Shown piece by piece: positions 1 to 8,688 of a stretch of DNA of 64,000 bases. The stretch lies in the IMG/VR virus record IMGVR_UViG_3300037067_026010, positions 64,001-128,000 of that record. One strand, 5' to 3'. Numbering within the stretch: position 1 is the first letter of the stretch; every line of letters starts with the position of its first letter. The DNA comes from a virus. Lineage: Duplodnaviria > Caudoviricetes. A model generated the notes under the pieces. It saw nothing but the letters and a program-made list of their open reading frames with translations, was not told where the DNA came from and did not search any database. Both the position numbers and the translations under genes were made by a program.

Positions 1-1243
1 GCGTACGTAGAAAGTCCACAAGAGCGAGTTGACTGGCGTGGACGACCCTGGATTCCTGCGGAACCGCCTCCGAGGACAGGCCGCCCTCGCCCAAGCGCGT
101 TACGCGCGTCTGGTGATCCAAGAGTTCGGCAGGATTGACCTCCTCGGGAGATTGGCCCAAGCCGCTCGTCAGCAGCGCGGACTGCAGCGCGCCATTGAAC
201 ATGCCGGGTATCAGATGTTCCAGATTGCCGCGTGCGCTCGCTTTCCATAAAAGCTTTTGCAGCGTGCCGCGATCGCGCTTGATGCGTTCCGCAAAAATAT
301 CCTCGGGGCCGAGGATGCGCTGGTAGGCCATGTCGTCGCGATCGTCGACCTCCGATTCGCGCCGATTCACGGCAATAAGCTTTTTAGTCACGGCCAGCAG
401 CGTGTCGGGGGTCACGCGCGTAAACGGCTGACCCAGCGTTCGCTGCGTCACGACGGGATCGATCTCCATGCGTTCGAATACTTCGCGCAGCGATTGCTCC
501 TGGGCTTCATAAGGAGCGTTCGGGTCGCTGTATTTGCACAGCCGTTTGTAGAGCGCCTGGATTTTCTTCGGGTCGTCTTTCTGCATATTCGCCGCGGTCA
601 GCTCGTTGCCCCAGGCGTCCCGTATAGCCTTTTCGGAAAGACCGAGCGTCTTCAAAAGCGGGAAAAGCGGCAGTTGCGCCTGGCCGATCTGCATCGTGAA
701 GATGCCGGTGGACGGCTCCAGCGAAATCCTGTGCCCCAGACCCTTGGCGACGTTGACGTGCGCTTCGATCTCGCCGTTGGCCTTTTCCCGCGTAAATACG
801 CCGGGCAACAGACGCAATTGATGCGCCATGCTGTATTCGGTGCCGTTGTGGATAAAGGTGCCGCGTTCCGTCAAGTGCGGCACCGTCCCCAGCGTTACTT
901 TGCGCCGGGCCGTTTCCTGCCCATTGGCGCCGGTCAGCACAAAAGTACCGCGCAACCGTCGGCCGGGCGAGCCGCGCCCAAGAATGGCCTGCTTTTGCGT
1001 GGCCAGCGAGAACTTATCCGGATCGGCATAGTGCACGTCGGTAAGCGCGAGGGTGTGGAGGGCGTTGCTGACGGGGGCCATATCGCGCGCGGCCTGCAGT
1101 GCGTTGTCGTAAAGCAGCTTTCGCGTGGCCGGCGCGTCGGCAAAGCGCCGCGAATCGGGTATTTCCGGCGTCGGCGGCAGAAACGGTTGTTCAGGAGCTG
1201 CCGGCGGCGTCATGGAATCAAGAATACTGTTGCTCATAGCCAT
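1..1243 (-). CDS. rpoB: Phage-encoded DNA-directed RNA polymerase beta subunit (RpoB-like), N-terminal ~414 aa; continues past the left edge
   Basis: Hand translation of an open minus frame from ATG 1243. [30 protein letters not shown] resembles RpoB [41 protein letters not shown] resembles [40 protein letters not shown]...[18 protein letters not shown] resembles [27 protein letters not shown]...EVRDVHPTHYGRVCPIET. Confidence 0.9.
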   Translation of the reverse strand, partial: [414 protein letters not shown]

Positions 1244-1245
1244 TG

Positions 1246-2286
1246 CTACGCCTGGGCGAATTCTTCGGGGGTAACGACATCTGCCACGGCCACGGGCGGC
1301 GTGGGCCTGCCAGCGCGCTCCATCCGTCGTTGCCGCAGGGCTTCTTCGAGGGCGTGGGCTTTGCTCCGCGATCGCGTCCATTGATAAGTGCCGATGCCGG
1401 ATCCGACGGCCAGCAGCCCCATCAGCGTCGCCATGGCACCTTCCGTGTAATTTGCCGCGGTGCTTACCGGTTGCGGCGCGAGTTGGCCGAGACTGGGCAC
1501 AGAGATAGGCGCACCGGTAAACGGATTCGTATAATCCGCGCATTTGCTCCAGGCGTCGGCCAGTTGCTGCATGGTGGCACCGATTCCCGCACTCGCGGTT
1601 TTGGCAGGCGGCAGCATAGCGGCATATTGCTCGTTTAAAGCCGCACGGTACTCCGATTTGCTTTGTTGCAGTTTCTTCGCCAGTTCGGCTTTGCGGCGTT
1701 TTGCCAGCAGCCAGTCCACCAGTTTCCAACCGCCGAACACCGATAGTCCGGCAGCCCCTAAACCGATAGGGATGTACGCAGCGCTAAACCTGGGATCGGG
1801 GGCCGGCATCCCGGCAACATCCGCCGTACCGGGTGCAACCGGTTCCAATTTTTTTGCCAGCCAGCCGCTGATACCGTCGTCCGCGGCCTGTTTGGCCAGA
1901 TCCGCAGCAAGAGTGTCGAGAGAGCCATACTTGTAGGCTGGTGCACGCTGCGCCTGTAAGGCCAGCCGCCGTAAATCCGAATCGGGCGTCAGTCCCAGCC
2001 GCGCTTTGTCCTCGACATCCTGGGCTTCTTGCTGCACTACTGGGATACGCAAAGTGCGCGGCAGCACGGGACTGGCGTCCTGCGGTGGTTTTGCCCCCGA
2101 TAAGACGCGCATAAGCTCCAATGCTCCCCGGCCGACCATGCCGGCTCCAAGGGCCGCGCCGGACGCGTTGAGAACGGCTTTGAGCGCCTGGACCTTGCGG
2201 GCTTGTTCCGCAGCGTCCTCCGCCAGTTTGCGAAGCTCACGCGGCCCCACCTGGGGCAAGCGGGAAAGTGTAGGTGTCGGCAGCAT
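1246..2286 (-). CDS. Putative virion/internal protein with Gly/Ala-rich hydrophobic segments and K-x-A/S motifs
   Basis: 346 aa ORF with a GGAG RBS. Motifs KYGS, KQAA, KTAS, KCAD. Hydrophobic helices are followed by basic runs. Confidence 0.6.
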   Translation of the reverse strand: MLPTPTLSRLPQVGPRELRKLAEDAAEQARKVQALKAVLNASGAALGAGMVGRGALELMRVLSGAKPPQDASPVLPRTLRIPVVQQEAQDVEDKARLGLTPDSDLRRLALQAQRAPAYKYGSLDTLAADLAKQAADDGISGWLAKKLEPVAPGTADVAGMPAPDPRFSAAYIPIGLGAAGLSVFGGWKLVDWLLAKRRKAELAKKLQQSKSEYRAALNEQYAAMLPPAKTASAGIGATMQQLADAWSKCADYTNPFTGAPISVPSLGQLAPQPVSTAANYTEGAMATLMGLLAVGSGIGTYQWTRSRSKAHALEEALRQRRMERAGRPTPPVAVADVVTPEEFAQA

Positions 2287-2659
2287 CGTGACTACTCCCT
2301 GGAGTTTTACCGTTTGGCTGTTCGCCGTAGATTTGTACCCACTCTAGCCAGACGGTCAGGCCGTTGTTCGTAGTGTCCCACTGGTCCACGCGTTTATGCT
2401 GCATGTACCAGCCGTTGACGATACGGTCCATGATCTCGTCAAAATTTTTCTTCTCGTCCTCCGCCCATAAATGAAAGAGCCGAGAATGATAATCCATTCG
2501 AACCGGCAGCGCTTCGAATTCATCTTGCCGCAGGTTCGGAGGGATACCTCCGCGAAACGGGTAGCCGTCGGCGGTGCCAGGCCAATGCAGTTTATCGCCA
2601 TGCCCGGTTTCCGGACCACCTTGGTCCTGAAAATATTTAAGCATCGACGTTTCCGGCAT
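2237..2659 (-). CDS. Hypothetical phage protein (140 aa, start MPETSM)
   Basis: GAGGTG RBS upstream of ATG 2659; globular-looking composition. Confidence 0.6.
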   Translation of the reverse strand: MPETSMLKYFQDQGGPETGHGDKLHWPGTADGYPFRGGIPPNLRQDEFEALPVRMDYHSRLFHLWAEDEKKNFDEIMDRIVNGWYMQHKRVDQWDTTNNGLTVWLEWVQIYGEQPNGKTPGSSHDAADTYTFPLAPGGAA

Positions 2660-2673
2660 ACGACACCTCGTGC

Positions 2674-2705
2674 AAAACAGGGCGCCCCGGGCGAACCCGG
2701 GGCGC
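2674..2705 (-). terminator. GC-rich hairpin, possible intrinsic terminator
   Basis: Perfect 10-bp stem GCGCCCCGGG-TTCG-CCCGGGGCGC followed on the minus strand by CCTGTTTT; intergenic. Confidence 0.45.
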
Positions 2706-2721
2706 ATCTTGTCTATCAGCT

Positions 2722-2943
2722 TCAGCTAAGGACCTTCAGATCCTTTTCGGTAAAGCGGTTTCCACCGCTGGCAGCACCGTCTTGTCGGACGATGGCGAAG
2801 GGCCCGACCGTGCATTCGGGCGAGTTGCCTTGCCAATCCGTATAAGACGTATTGTCCAGCGCCGTAACTACACCAGTTGTCTTACGAAACTGGCTGTTTT
2901 GGCTCATGACACGAACGCGTTGCGCGACACTGGGAAGCGACAT
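2722..2943 (-). CDS. Small hypothetical protein (73 aa)
   Basis: GGAGGT RBS; fits the gene spacing. Confidence 0.6.
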   Translation of the reverse strand: MSLPSVAQRVRVMSQNSQFRKTTGVVTALDNTSYTDWQGNSPECTVGPFAIVRQDGAASGGNRFTEKDLKVLS

Positions 2944-2961
2944 AATTAAACCTCCATGTTT

Positions 2962-3327
2962 TTAGCGTGGTGTGAGCATAAACTCCGGCCGTGGTTGCCG
3001 GAAACCTCTGCGGGCGCGTGCCTGCCGTACCCGTTCCGCTTGGAGCTGGTAAGCCTGCATGAGCTCGCGGCGCTTTTCGTCTTCAACATCTGCCTCGGGC
3101 TCGGTTGCCTTTGCCGCGAGGTACCCGCCGCCGGCGCCGACGCCGATGGCACCAAGCATGCCAGCCGTCGTAAGACCGTAAGCAGTATTCGCCAATTCTT
3201 TCCAAAAACCGCGTTTCTCCAATAGGTCCACGGCGGTCTTGGCACGTGCTACCGTCTCTTCGGCCGATAACAATTCGTCCGTGCAACGGGCTAAAAATCC
3301 GAACTGGAAAGCTTCGTGCGGAGTCAT
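2962..3327 (-). CDS. Putative virion protein with a Gly-rich hydrophobic helix
   Basis: 121 aa; contains KTA and EKRG motifs and GMLGAIGVGAGGGYL. Confidence 0.6.
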   Translation of the reverse strand: MTPHEAFQFGFLARCTDELLSAEETVARAKTAVDLLEKRGFWKELANTAYGLTTAGMLGAIGVGAGGGYLAAKATEPEADVEDEKRRELMQAYQLQAERVRQARARRGFRQPRPEFMLTPR

Positions 3328-3336
3328 GGCGTGTCC

Positions 3337-3885
3337 TTAAATATCCAAGAGGAGGCCTGTCCTATTTTTCTTGCGTGGCGGCCTATGCAGCCGTACGTGC
3401 GAGGCATTTGCCGCTACGGCATCCCGGACGGCGTCCGGTGTAGCCGTTCTGCCGGTAAATTTTCCGCGCGGCAGACTTGGCAACTGCGGGTAACCAGCTG
3501 CGTCACTGCCGGCGCTGAGCGACACCGTAGCGTTGCGTCGATGTTTTGTCCAGTACGCCTGGATTGCCGGGTCGCTCGGGTCGCCCATAAATCGCGCTTC
3601 TTTGATCGTTTCCGACAGGTCGTTCGCGGCCTTTTCGCAGAGGCGAGCTTCTTCGCGCATCCACGGACTGTCGTCCGCCGCAATTTGCTTTGCGAACTGG
3701 CCCAACGCCCGCACACGTTCGAGGGCCTCCGCAGGGGTAATAACGCAATATTCATGCTCTTGCTTATTCTCGCGTTCGTCGTACATCGCGAGGAGGCCCT
3801 CGCACGCAAAAAATACAAGCTGTTTGTGCCGGCGCAGCGGGCCTTGCCGCGCACCAATGGACCAAGCGGGTTTCTGGGTAATCAC
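3337..3885 (-). CDS. Hypothetical phage protein (182 aa)
   Basis: GTG start with a GGAG RBS, immediately downstream of one copy of the 16-bp palindrome. Confidence 0.6.
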   Translation of the reverse strand: MITQKPAWSIGARQGPLRRHKQLVFFACEGLLAMYDERENKQEHEYCVITPAEALERVRALGQFAKQIAADDSPWMREEARLCEKAANDLSETIKEARFMGDPSDPAIQAYWTKHRRNATVSLSAGSDAAGYPQLPSLPRGKFTGRTATPDAVRDAVAANASHVRLHRPPRKKNRTGLLLDI

Positions 3886-3900
3886 GATAGCGTCTCCACA

Positions 3901-3916
3901 CGGTAATTAAGCACCG
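3901..3916 (+). promoter_or_regulatory. 16-bp imperfect palindrome, copy 1 (CGGTAATTAAGCACCG)
   Basis: Exact copy of a motif seen 7 times in the window. Confidence 0.7.
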
Positions 3917-4022
3917 AACCGTATGCATCTTATCGCATTTCCGACTGCAGAGCCATACGAAAACGGCTGCCGCGGACGAAGCCGGGCAGCCCGTATTTTA
4001 ACGCGGCGCACAGGTCGTAAGC

Positions 4023-4445
4023 CTATACCGGTGGTGCCGGTGGTGCCGGAGGTTGCGGTTGCGGCGCCAAGTTTGGCGAAGGTGGTGGTAAATTTGGCGG
4101 CGGCGGGTAGCTGGCCACGGTGAATCCAACCCATTGTTGGTAGAGCCGCACGAAAACCGCAAGGGCCGCCATAATCGGCGGCAGCAGCTTCTGCAACGTG
4201 CCATGTGCCGCCAACCATTCCGCGTCAATATGGCGCAATGCCTCCCACGACATCCAAGCTACGGCCAGCCAGAAGGATTTCGAACGGAGCAAACCGCTCA
4301 GATGTCTTCGCAGCCGGCGTAACCGGCGCAAGGCAATGCGGTCGGCATCCGCAGTAGTTGATGCACGATATGTCGTTTTTGCCCGACGTCGCTTCCGTTT
4401 AAGCGGATGCGTGGGCGGTACGTCGTGTAGGTGTGGGTCTTCCAT
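4023..4445 (-). CDS. Holin-like two-TM membrane protein with a Pro-rich tail
   Basis: Basic N-terminus, SKSFWLAV helix, second helix LLPPIMAALAVFVRL. Confidence 0.4.
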   Translation of the reverse strand: MEDPHLHDVPPTHPLKRKRRRAKTTYRASTTADADRIALRRLRRLRRHLSGLLRSKSFWLAVAWMSWEALRHIDAEWLAAHGTLQKLLPPIMAALAVFVRLYQQWVGFTVASYPPPPNLPPPSPNLAPQPQPPAPPAPPV

Positions 4446-4454
4446 GACGGCACC

Positions 4455-4964
4455 TCATTTTCGGTTTTGCGGGGCCGGCTGTGCGTACACAGGCTCCCAT
4501 TTACACGCTCCCGCATTACAGGTTTTTCGATAGTATAAAATACGACCTTGCTGTGCGGACGGTACCTTCGCCGGAACGGTTTCCGGTACTACAGCTTTTG
4601 GCAGCACCACTGGCAATTCGCCCGGATCTTGCGAGGCTGCTGGAGGTAACGGCAAATCCGGCACCACGGCATCACCGACCTCTTGTCCGGAGTCCGGAGC
4701 TGGTTTTGGCGGCTGCGGTGCCGGCGTCGGGCGGTCTGTATGCTTTAACAGGATCAACCCCATATCTGTGGCTGCCATGTCAAGATACACAGGATCTACC
4801 ACGATTGGCCCAGGTGTCGGGTGTGGTGTCGGGCTCGGCGTAGGCTGTGGTGCAGGTTGTGGCGTTGGTCGCGGCGGCACAGGCCTCGGACGACGATGAC
4901 AGCCACTTGCCGCAGGCCAAGCCAGGGCAAGCATAACGACAATTATGAGACAGCGGTTATACAT
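4455..4964 (-). CDS. Secreted Pro-rich protein with a signal peptide
   Basis: MYNRCLIIVVMLALAWPAASGC signal-like start; PTP-rich linker. Confidence 0.55.
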   Translation of the reverse strand: MYNRCLIIVVMLALAWPAASGCHRRPRPVPPRPTPQPAPQPTPSPTPHPTPGPIVVDPVYLDMAATDMGLILLKHTDRPTPAPQPPKPAPDSGQEVGDAVVPDLPLPPAASQDPGELPVVLPKAVVPETVPAKVPSAQQGRILYYRKTCNAGACKWEPVYAQPAPQNRK

Positions 4965-4975
4965 GGCACACTCCC

Positions 4976-6643
4976 TTATCCGAACACCTTTTTGGGAAAT
5001 CCAAAAGTGGTAAGTTTCAGCAATGGCCAGCCTTCCACGAAACTGGTCGTGAAGCAATCCCCCTGTTGAAGGACAGGCTGAATGTATCGCGCCGCCGGCA
5101 TCCAGGCGCCACAAGCGGCATAGCTATCGGGTACGTCGAATGGCCCCTTGGGGCCGGAGACGTGGTTGCCGTGGCCTGTGTTGGCCACCCAGAAATATTG
5201 CGGTGCGGCCTTGCCGTCGTAGCGTACCCCGGTGATCGTCATGCAATGCGCACCGCTCTTGAAGCGATTCGCTACGCCGTTGGCATCCCGAGAAAGCCCC
5301 CAGGTGGTGTAGCCGCAATACTGAATGGCGTAACCGGATTGAACCAAGGCACCGGCGGCTTGAATATCGGTTACGGCCACGCGGTCGCGGCAGCGATGCT
5401 CGACCGCGTACTTTTCGAGGGCGTCCGGTACACCGTTGCCACCCTCGCCCCAGGACTTCGCCCTGCTGCCGCTATATCCTGCACTCAAATCCATTTCCGG
5501 ATAGGCAGAGTAATACAGGGTACCGTACTTCTCCCACGCCCGCATCGCGTCGATGCCAGCCATTCCCATGCCGTGGTAGCGATAGGAATTGAACAGCTCA
5601 CATTTACCAAAACCGTAAATACTTTCGCGGCAGATCAGTGCATCCGGTTTACGCACTTTGCCTGCCAGAGCAAATACGGCAAGGATAACATCCCCTAAAT
5701 GGCCACTCCCCCAAGAGACGCAGTTGGATACGGCAATACCGTTAGCAATAAAGGAATGATCTTCCTCAACCTCCAGGCAATACACCGAGATATTCCTGAC
5801 GGTGCTTCGGGTAATTCGCCGTATACTCCGAGCCAGCCCTTCGGCAGTTACGATCCGTTTACTCGGGCGTGTTGTCACCGCCGCTGCCTGCAATTCCGGG
5901 TAGACGGCAAGGGTAGATTCCCCGCCAAGATTAACCTCCCAGGCTGGTTTCCAGGTAGTGGCATGTGCATCTTGCCGTGTACGACACCGCAGTTTTGGCT
6001 GTAAGCGGCATTGTAACGCGAGGCGGCACACGCCACGGGCCAGTGACGGGCTAGCCAAGGTTTCTGAAACATCGTAAGATTTTTTATCCAAGTATCCGTG
6101 CGGGATTAAAACACGGTCGCCTACGCACAGTTCTCCGGAAGGCCGCCATGATAGTTCCTGCGTCGTCGTGCTTTGCCCTCCTGTTAGTTTGGCGGAAGGG
6201 GTTCCAGCATAAACGACGTACTTGTGGTCTGGCGTCGATGTGAGTCCACCGAAGTGCCCGGTTACCTCTGTTGTCACCAGTTCGCCAGAGTAAGGTTTCT
6301 TGATCGTTCGCAGAACACGGCGCACGTGATTATTATGCGTAATCACGTATTCGCCGACGCGAACTTCCTCAATAGCACGCTCTGTGCCATCCGCCATCAA
6401 TACACGAGTGCCTGCAACGTGGCAGTCTCCTGTACCCTGGAAGCCGTACTTCCAATTGGGCCAAAGCTCGAACAGCGCATTCCACAACACCGTGTCCTGG
6501 TGTTCGTCGGCGCCAATGATATACGGCGCGGCTTCCATGATGTTGCGCCGCGGTATAGCCGCCGATTCCGGCGTCAAATGGTAGCCGTAATTGCGTTGAT
6601 TTTCCGGTAGATTATTCAAACTGTCTAAATATTCAGTCGACAT
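4976..6643 (-). CDS. Papain-like (C1-type) cysteine peptidase interrupted by an intein
   Basis: Start MSTEY with a GGAGG RBS. The spliced product reads QGTGD|CVSWG (oxyanion Gln plus catalytic Cys), then GAHCMTITG (His) and YFWVANT (Asn). Confidence 0.8.
   Translation of the reverse strand: MSTEYLDSLNNLPENQRNYGYHLTPESAAIPRRNIMEAAPYIIGADEHQDTVLWNALFELWPNWKYGFQGTGDCHVAGTRVLMADGTERAIEEVRVGEYVITHNNHVRRVLRTIKKPYSGELVTTEVTGHFGGLTSTPDHKYVVYAGTPSAKLTGGQSTTTQELSWRPSGELCVGDRVLIPHGYLDKKSYDVSETLASPSLARGVCRLALQCRLQPKLRCRTRQDAHATTWKPAWEVNLGGESTLAVYPELQAAAVTTRPSKRIVTAEGLARSIRRITRSTVRNISVYCLEVEEDHSFIANGIAVSNCVSWGSGHLGDVILAVFALAGKVRKPDALICRESIYGFGKCELFNSYRYHGMGMAGIDAMRAWEKYGTLYYSAYPEMDLSAGYSGSRAKSWGEGGNGVPDALEKYAVEHRCRDRVAVTDIQAAGALVQSGYAIQYCGYTTWGLSRDANGVANRFKSGAHCMTITGVRYDGKAAPQYFWVANTGHGNHVSGPKGPFDVPDSYAACGAWMPAARYIQPVLQQGDCFTTSFVEGWPLLKLTTFGFPKKVFG
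5723..6424 (-). mobile_element. Intein (234 aa) with a remnant of a LAGLIDADG endonuclease
   Basis: Block A CHVAGTRVLMADG, block B TSTPDHKY, block F VYCLEVEEDHSFIANGI, terminal SN followed by +1 Cys. SPSLARGVCRLALQC resembles a late homing-endonuclease block. Confidence 0.92.
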
Positions 6644-6645
6644 AC

Positions 6646-7095
6646 TTAACCTCCTGCCGCCCAGGCAAATGCCTGATAGCATTCGATGACTTTGTTGCGC
6701 CGCTCCGGCGTAATCGGCCCGGGGTCGTCGCCGGCCCACTTCAACATGGCACTGTTCATGGCGTCGCTTAATCCCGGCACGGGCTTAAATTCAGCGCCAA
6801 AACGCAGATTGGCGACATTGTCGTTGTAAGCGCTTAACGTACCGGCGTCTTTGATCAAATTGCCGGCGTCGCGCTGAATCATCGCCGCCGTCGCAAGGCA
6901 GTAATTGGCAAATTCGATGCGTTGCGGGTGTTCCGCCATATCCCGCTTGATTCCGGCGACGAGCGTTTGCAGCTCCGCCACGGGTTCGGAGACGACGGAC
7001 GCCGTCGATGATTCTACGATATAAGGCGCTGCAAACGGCGCGCCGACGCCGACGACGATTAGGATTGCTAAAACCCAATTTAACAATGGTTTCAT
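6646..7095 (-). CDS. Membrane-anchored or secreted hypothetical protein
   Basis: N-terminal hydrophobic helix followed by a helical domain. Confidence 0.65.
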   Translation of the reverse strand: MKPLLNWVLAILIVVGVGAPFAAPYIVESSTASVVSEPVAELQTLVAGIKRDMAEHPQRIEFANYCLATAAMIQRDAGNLIKDAGTLSAYNDNVANLRFGAEFKPVPGLSDAMNSAMLKWAGDDPGPITPERRNKVIECYQAFAWAAGG

Positions 7096-7111
7096 GAGCC
7101 CTTTCCCTTTT

Positions 7112-7309
7112 CTAAAAATTGCTTGGGCTAAGTAGCCAACAAATGCTGAGTAATATCAAGCCGCCCAGAATCACTGGGGGCAAGATTACGGAAAGGATCA
7201 AGGCGCCGATGACCGACCAAATCGAGTCCCAGTTATCGTACATGAACGACACGAAAAGCTTTATCGACGCGCATGACCAAGCAGTAATTAACAAAATGAG
7301 CCAAATCAT
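7112..7309 (-). CDS. Small two-TM membrane protein
   Basis: 65 aa, almost entirely hydrophobic; ATGA overlap with the upstream gene. Confidence 0.5.
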   Translation of the reverse strand: MIWLILLITAWSCASIKLFVSFMYDNWDSIWSVIGALILSVILPPVILGGLILLSICWLLSPSNF

Positions 7310-7659
7310 TTGCCACCTGTACCGGTACCAGCGGTCTCCTCGTTGACGATCAGCAAAAGCACTTGCTGCATACCGGCTTTTGCCTCGGCATTTGCTTGAA
7401 TTGTGGGCTTACGCCACAACTGCATCCACGCATTTACGTCGCCGTGAAGTATGTCCTCCGGAACAGCTTGCTTGATGTCTGCAGCTGCAGCCTGTTTAGC
7501 GGCAGCTTGCGCCCGCAGGTTCTGCCACCAGGTTCGTATCGAGCCGCGATTGGCCCATAGCAGAACGATAACCGCTGCTACGGCAAGGACCCAGGCGTAA
7601 TCACTGAGCATGGAAAAATCTAAAGAAATTTGGGAAAACATGTCGCTTGTCTCCATCAA
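7306..7659 (-). CDS. Single-TM membrane protein
   Basis: YAWVLAVAAVIVLLW helix. Confidence 0.55.
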   Translation of the reverse strand: MMETSDMFSQISLDFSMLSDYAWVLAVAAVIVLLWANRGSIRTWWQNLRAQAAAKQAAAADIKQAVPEDILHGDVNAWMQLWRKPTIQANAEAKAGMQQVLLLIVNEETAGTGTGGK

Positions 7660-8227
7660 GGTTATCTGGGGTTACCGCAGCACTCCATATGCCACGCCGT
7701 GCTTTCTTGGCCACCACTTCGGCGGCCTTCCAATCAGGATACTCCGTACCGACGACCCAGGCCAATCCGGCGCGCACCTGTTCCAGATTGGCCACAGTGC
7801 CTTCGGGCGTCGTAACAACGCCGGTAAGCGCTTCTGAACCTAGCCGCTTGCCATCCGTGATCTTCGTACGCACCGTACGACCGCACAACATTCGATCCAG
7901 TGCGGCTTGGGATTCTTCTGCCCACGGTTCGCCTGGTAAAGGTACTGCAATACCCTCCAGGAAAATATGCCGCTCGCGGCGCCCCGCAAGACCAGCCGGT
8001 ACGGTAAATTCGCGGCCACTAATGACCTTGGCCACCTCGTCAGTGCGTTCGTGCGTTCGGTTAAAAAAAGGCCGGGCACGGCGGCAGTTGCATTGGCTCG
8101 TAAGCAGCTGCCAGCAAACGATGATCAATACCGCGAAAACGATATATTGTTTAAACGGCTCGATAATCTTCCAAAGTGTCCCAGCAATCGTTCCGAGTAT
8201 CGCAAGAACCGTAGCCATAGTCGCCAC
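7601..8227 (-). CDS. Membrane-anchored SNase (thermonuclease)-fold protein, probably inactive
   Basis: KVISG...IFLEGIAVP..GEPWAEESQAAL...NLEQVRAGLAWV...AEVVAKKARRGIWS matches the SNase pattern, but the catalytic DGDT, DAPE and DRYGR motifs are replaced. Confidence 0.75.
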   Translation of the reverse strand: MATMATVLAILGTIAGTLWKIIEPFKQYIVFAVLIIVCWQLLTSQCNCRRARPFFNRTHERTDEVAKVISGREFTVPAGLAGRRERHIFLEGIAVPLPGEPWAEESQAALDRMLCGRTVRTKITDGKRLGSEALTGVVTTPEGTVANLEQVRAGLAWVVGTEYPDWKAAEVVAKKARRGIWSAAVTPDNLDGDKRHVFPNFFRFFHAQ

Positions 8228-8275
8228 TCCGTTTGGGAAAGCTGTCCTGCATTGTGCTACTGCCGAGCCAAGGCG

Positions 8276-8677
8276 TCAATCGCAAGCCAGCTGCTCCGAG
8301 GATTCTGCAGGGTCGGTCAGCCAATGATCCTGTGGGCAGTCTCCGCAACAGAGCCAGGCTTCCCAGACGTCGCGCCCGGGGGCATCGCCGCCGTCAGCCC
8401 ATCGACAGTAGCCATTGGCAGTGTCGTAATGCTCGCAAGCGCCGCAGATCATTTGCAAGCGCAACTGCACGGCGTCGGCTCGCGAAGGCAGTGCCGCGGC
8501 GGCGTCTTCGCCTGGCTGACTCTGCGGCAGCGCGCCCGCCGCAGTCACAGACTGACCGGGCCGGCATGCCCGAACGCACGTCGGACGTATCCAGTAGCGT
8601 TCGTTGCCGCAGACGCTGCAGGTCAATTTGAACCTGCCGTCGGCCGCGGGTTCGGATATCCACTGGCAGTAGTTCAT
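8276..8677 (-). CDS. Cys-rich hypothetical protein
   Basis: CSVC, CGAC and RLQMICGACEHY...CPQDHW patterns. Confidence 0.5.
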   Translation of the reverse strand: MNYCQWISEPAADGRFKLTCSVCGNERYWIRPTCVRACRPGQSVTAAGALPQSQPGEDAAAALPSRADAVQLRLQMICGACEHYDTANGYCRWADGGDAPGRDVWEAWLCCGDCPQDHWLTDPAESSEQLACD

Positions 8678-8688
8678 AGTTTCGTGGT

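Noticed and set aside
257-1384. 375-aa + strand ORF
   Set aside because: It is the antisense shadow of the RpoB-like gene and has no recognisable motifs.
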